NCBI GenBank assembly: GCA_965217115.1
Contig: OZ244239.1
Span: 1,376,001-1,440,000, forward strand
Length of the DNA stretch: 64,000 bases
From: Bdellovibrionales bacterium
GTDB lineage: Bacteria > Bdellovibrionota > Bdellovibrionia > Bdellovibrionales > CAYMLA01
Direction of reading: 5' to 3'
The translations under genes were made by a program, and so were the position numbers. Shown one piece after another: positions 60,244-64,000 of the stretch. Position 1 is the stretch's first letter, and the number at the start of each line of letters is the position of its first letter. The notes beneath the pieces were generated by a model that was not told the origin of the DNA, searched no databases, and saw only the letters and a program-made list of their open reading frames with translations.

Positions 60244-61291
60244 TGTCTGGGGAAAATGTTTTTGTGTTCATAGTTTTGGAGAGAGTCATGGTTCGGCGAT
60301 GGGAGTGGTTATCGACGGTTGTCCTGCGGGGGTTTTATTTGATCAGAAGCTGCTTGATTGGAGTTTGCAGAGACGGAGACCGGGCCAATCGGCACTGACT
60401 TCTTCGAGAAAAGAAGAGGATCGTCCAAGGGTTTTAAGTGGAGTTTTTGAGGGGAAAACATTGGGAACTCCCATCGCAATTATTGTAGAAAACCAAAACC
60501 AACGTTCTCAGGATTATGATGATATTAAGAGGGCCCCTCGTTTGGGTCATGCTGACGATGTCTGGAAAAGTAAATTTGGTCATATTGACCATCGAGGAGG
60601 GGGGCGTTCTTCGGGGAGAGAAACGGTTTCTAGAGTTATGGCGGGGGCTGTGGCTGAGATGTTAGTGAGATCGCTAGTGAGTGATATTCAAGTTTATGGT
60701 TATGGGACTCAAATAGGAGGCATTGGTCTCTCTAAGGGTTTCTCTAGAAAAGAATCTTTAGAGAAACTTAAAAATCCCCGTTATGAGGTGGATGCTTTTG
60801 ACTCTCGCCTCCCTGAAAAGGAAAAAGCAGAACAGGTTAGAGAGCTTTTGCTAAAAGCTAAGGCCGAGGGGAAGAGTTACGGTGGAGAGGTGAATTTGAT
60901 TATAAAAGGGGCGCCAGTGGGTTTGGGTCAGCCTGTTTTTTCAAAATTAAAATCTGATTTAGCTGGGGCGATGATGAGTGTGGGAGCAACCTGTTCGGTG
61001 AAATTAGGTGAAGGGGCATCTGCTGTACAAGCAGAGGGCAGCGAGTTTCATGCCTCAAGGGGAAGTGCTTCTGATGATTCTCACCAGTATGGTGGAATTC
61101 GTGGGGGGTTGTCTACGGGAGAGGATATTATTTTAATGGTTGGCTTTAAGCCGACATCTTCTGTCTTGGATGTGGCAAAGGCGGGTCGTCATGATCCTTG
61201 TATTGTTCCGAGGGCGATTCCAGTGTTAGAAGCGATGGGATGGTTAGTTTTAGCTGATCATTTGCTTTGGCAAAGATTAGATAAATTGTAG
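60233..61291 (+). CDS. aroC: Chorismate synthase
   Basis: FGESHG, RRRPGQ, GGGRSSGRET, FKPTSS, GRHDPCIVPRA. Confidence 0.96.
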   Translation: MLGNVWGKCFCVHSFGESHGSAMGVVIDGCPAGVLFDQKLLDWSLQRRRPGQSALTSSRKEEDRPRVLSGVFEGKTLGTPIAIIVENQNQRSQDYDDIKRAPRLGHADDVWKSKFGHIDHRGGGRSSGRETVSRVMAGAVAEMLVRSLVSDIQVYGYGTQIGGIGLSKGFSRKESLEKLKNPRYEVDAFDSRLPEKEKAEQVRELLLKAKAEGKSYGGEVNLIIKGAPVGLGQPVFSKLKSDLAGAMMSVGATCSVKLGEGASAVQAEGSEFHASRGSASDDSHQYGGIRGGLSTGEDIILMVGFKPTSSVLDVAKAGRHDPCIVPRAIPVLEAMGWLVLADHLLWQRLDKL

Positions 61292-61327
61292 GAAAACATT
61301 TAGCTCAACTCAGTGGAAGATTTGTTT

Positions 61328-61720
61328 TTAATCAAATTCACCAGGGGTAGGAAGTAAGTCGAGAAGACACTCTCTCCAATACTCGGGTGCATCGTCTGAA
61401 TAATCTATAGCAATTTCATAGCCTTTTTTCCCGATTTGCTTGGTGCGAATAATACGTCCTGAGATTTCGATATTTAGCTGGGGAAGATGAAGCATAACAT
61501 GATCTCCTTCGATGGCGTGAAGGGTTAGGCTATCTCGTAACACTTGTGGAACAATATCTTCCCGTTCGATGGTGACTTTAAATCCAGAGCTTGATGCGTC
61601 CTCGATCCAGCCAAACTTGGCAATGGTGATGAAATGATCTATGGATGTGATACTTGATATTTTTATAGGCTCAACATTTTGTCTTTGAGCTATTCTTTTA
61701 TTTACTACTTGTTTTGCCAT
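61328..61720 (-). CDS. PilZ-domain-like protein
   Basis: RIAQR (RxxxR) and DASSSG (D/NxSxxG) motifs; AGGAG SD. Confidence 0.7.
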   Translation of the reverse strand: MAKQVVNKRIAQRQNVEPIKISSITSIDHFITIAKFGWIEDASSSGFKVTIEREDIVPQVLRDSLTLHAIEGDHVMLHLPQLNIEISGRIIRTKQIGKKGYEIAIDYSDDAPEYWRECLLDLLPTPGEFD

Positions 61721-61842
61721 AAGAACAAACTCCTCTTGTTAGTGACAAAGACTCTTCGGGTGAATTTAGATTTATGTTAAGAAAAATATGGGCGGCATTT
61801 AAAATAAAACGAGAGCTGTCTTGAGATGAGACGATTATGAGT

Positions 61843-62805
61843 TTAAGGCTGGGAAAAATCTTTAGGCCATTGGATTGAATGGTCTTCGACGATGTCTAAC
61901 ATCCGCTGTAGGGGAAGATGAGCAGAGTGAAGAACTTCTGTCGATAAATTGATTTGAGGTGACAGGTTCTTTAGAGCAGCTTCAACTTTTTGTAGAGTGT
62001 TGAGTTTCATATAGGGACATTCGTTACAAGCACAACTCCCCTCAGTAGGGGCTTGTATGAGTTGAGATTCAGGTCGGAATTTTTGCATCTGATGAAAAAT
62101 CCCTGACTCAGTGGCAATAATAAACTTCTCGGAAGTGTTGGTTTTGACTTCTTTTAAAAGATGGGATGTGGAGCCTATGATCTGTGATTGTTTTAGAATT
62201 TCATCGGGACATTCAGGATGGGCAAGAACAAGGGCGTCAGGGTGTAGCTGTTTGAGTTCATGAAGTTTTTGTGCTGAAAATAAGCTATGAACTTCACAAG
62301 CTCCGTTCCAGATATTCATAGGACGGTTGAGTTTTTTAGAAAAATAATTCCCTAAATGTTTATCAGGGCCAAAGAGTATTGGACGATCCTCTGGAATAGA
62401 GGCAATGATTTTTTCAGCATTACTGGAGGTGCAGATAACATCGCTTATGGATTTAACTTGGGCGCTGCAATTAATGTAGGTCACTGCAATACTACGGGGG
62501 TGATCCAATCGCCACTTTAAATAGTCATCATAGGGAGAGTTTTGCACAAGGGAGCATCCAGCATCAAGGTCAGGGACAAGGATTTTCTTATGAGGGTTGA
62601 GGATTTTAACAGACTCAGCCATGAAGACGACGCCAGCAAGCAGGATAACATCGGCTGAAGACTGTTGTCCGATTTTTGCTAGGTAATAACTATCCCCAAC
62701 GTAGTCGGCAATATCTTGAACATCGCCATCATCGTAGTAGTGAGCTAATATAATGGCATTGTGTTCTTTTTTAAGTTTTTTTATACGATCTTCTATATGG
62801 TTTAT
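61843..62805 (-). CDS. nadA: Quinolinate synthase
   Basis: Frame extends 61 codons upstream of the ORF-track start through ILAHYY...VQDIADYVGDS...GVVFMAE. Fe-S Cys in AGCSL, ACEVH and CPYM. Likely ATA start at 62805. Confidence 0.92.
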   Translation of the reverse strand: MNHIEDRIKKLKKEHNAIILAHYYDDGDVQDIADYVGDSYYLAKIGQQSSADVILLAGVVFMAESVKILNPHKKILVPDLDAGCSLVQNSPYDDYLKWRLDHPRSIAVTYINCSAQVKSISDVICTSSNAEKIIASIPEDRPILFGPDKHLGNYFSKKLNRPMNIWNGACEVHSLFSAQKLHELKQLHPDALVLAHPECPDEILKQSQIIGSTSHLLKEVKTNTSEKFIIATESGIFHQMQKFRPESQLIQAPTEGSCACNECPYMKLNTLQKVEAALKNLSPQINLSTEVLHSAHLPLQRMLDIVEDHSIQWPKDFSQP

Positions 62806-63392
62806 AGGTTTCCCCCTTTTAAGGTGGAAATAATAGATTTAGAGATAGATTTTAATGGTTCGAAGACACCTTCTCCTTTGGAGGCACAGGATTCAAAATC
62901 GGGTGAGTTGTATTTGTTTAACAGGTCCCTCATTTCTGTGAGTGAGGAAACCTGTGGGAGATCTCTTTTATTATATTGAATAGCTATGGGAAGTTCTTGA
63001 ATGTTATAGCCCTGTTGTTCAAGATTAACTTCTAGATTACGTAGGGATTCAAGGTTGTCTTCTTTTCGTTCCTCTTGTGAATCGGCGACAAAAATAACAC
63101 CGTCAATGCCCTTTAGTATGAGTTTGCGACTGGCATCATAGCGAATTTGTCCAGGCACTGAGTAGAGGTGGAGTCTTGTTTTAAAGCCTCTAATTTCTCC
63201 TATATTAATGGGAAGAAAATCAAAAAAAACAGTTCTCTCATTGTCTGTGTTTAGGGTTGTGAGATTTGATTTTTGATTGGGAGAAGTTTTGTGGTAGATC
63301 CATTGGATATTGGTTGTTTTTCCACCCAGAGAAGGTCCGTAGTAGACGATCTTACAATGAATTTCTTTGGCATTATGGTTTATAAAAGACAT
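62802..63392 (-). CDS. mglA: MglA-family small GTPase
   Basis: MSFIN...KIVYYGPSLGGKTTN, ERTVFFDFLP, VPGQ, QYNKRD. Confidence 0.95.
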   Translation of the reverse strand: MSFINHNAKEIHCKIVYYGPSLGGKTTNIQWIYHKTSPNQKSNLTTLNTDNERTVFFDFLPINIGEIRGFKTRLHLYSVPGQIRYDASRKLILKGIDGVIFVADSQEERKEDNLESLRNLEVNLEQQGYNIQELPIAIQYNKRDLPQVSSLTEMRDLLNKYNSPDFESCASKGEGVFEPLKSISKSIISTLKGGNL

Positions 63393-63393
63393 T

Positions 63394-64000
63394 TTAGATC
63401 TCAACTCGATTCTCAAGGGCTTTGCTCATAGTGCGACCGTCGATGAAGTCAATGTTACCGCCAATGGGAACTCCGTGGGCGATTCTTGTGATTTTGATCT
63501 TCGTAGGAGCGAGGATTTTTGCAAGATAAAGAGTTGTGGTATCCCCCTCTAAGTCGGCATCTAAGGCTAGAATAATTTCAGAGATGGATATCTTGTTAGA
63601 GTCTGTTGATAGCTGAGGACTCACTTTCCTTAAGAGTTCTTGAGTCTTAATATCTTCAGGTCCGACTCCTTCCAGGGGAGCGATTGTTCCGTGAAGAACA
63701 TGGTACCGTCCTTGAAAAGCACCAGAGGCTTCAATGCGTATAATGTCGGAAGGTTCTTCGACAACGCAGATGATGTCGTCTTGGCGGTGGGGATCTTTGC
63801 AGTAACGACATTCTGTTTCGTCGGTGTAGTTAAAGCAGGTGGGGCACTCAAAGACTTGTTCGTGGGTTTCCATAAGGGCGGTGGCTAGATTATGCGCCCG
63901 TTCTTTAGGGCTGCGTAAAATATGGTAAGCCATGCGTTCGGCAGATTTAGAACCGACTCCAGGGAGATGTCCGAGTTCATGAACTAATTTTTCTAAAACA
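63394..64000 (-). CDS. recR: Recombination mediator RecR (5' end outside the window)
   Basis: LPGVGSKSAERMAYH, C4 zinc finger, ICVVEEP, YHVLHG, TRIAHGVP.G. Confidence 0.95.
   Translation of the reverse strand, partial: VLEKLVHELGHLPGVGSKSAERMAYHILRSPKERAHNLATALMETHEQVFECPTCFNYTDETECRYCKDPHRQDDIICVVEEPSDIIRIEASGAFQGRYHVLHGTIAPLEGVGPEDIKTQELLRKVSPQLSTDSNKISISEIILALDADLEGDTTTLYLAKILAPTKIKITRIAHGVPIGGNIDFIDGRTMSKALENRVEI

Noticed and set aside
61760..61782. dif-like TTATGTTAA (similar sequence near 26393-26410)
   Set aside because: No recognisable XerC arm at the right spacing; common AT-rich word.

Overview
AT-rich bacterial chromosome segment, most likely from a predatory Bdellovibrionota (Bdellovibrio-like) organism. 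This is inferred from recR-mglA with Ser21 and no mglB, a TIGR02147-family regulator, and many small secreted orphan proteins. Core content: partial tonB, two clpP paralogs, an adenosine-deaminase-like enzyme, CDF transporter, ahpC, sua5, nupC, lexA, dppABC followed by a four-gene gamma-glutamylation amine-catabolism cluster, tig, a paired ArsA/GET3-like ATPase-EI24-gshA operon, tRNA-Val(UAC), lon-clpX-clpP, pepA, nadK, an M3 peptidase, two tandem porin-like genes, apt, pdxH, an aroB-aroA-aroK/D/E fusion-aroC operon, nadA, mglA and partial recR. A ~10.7 kb accessory region (24.3-35.0 kb) abuts the tRNA-Val 3' end. It holds secreted orphan genes, pseudogenes, a resolvase remnant, repeated 3' elements, sigma54-type promoters and a duplicated TIGR02147 regulator/secreted-cargo module. 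Other highlights are a MITE family with near-perfect 8-bp target duplications (two copies), a probable AUA start for nadA, and an apparent strand-skew flip over ~35-43.4 kb suggesting an inversion. All family calls come from motif recognition by eye; no searches were run.
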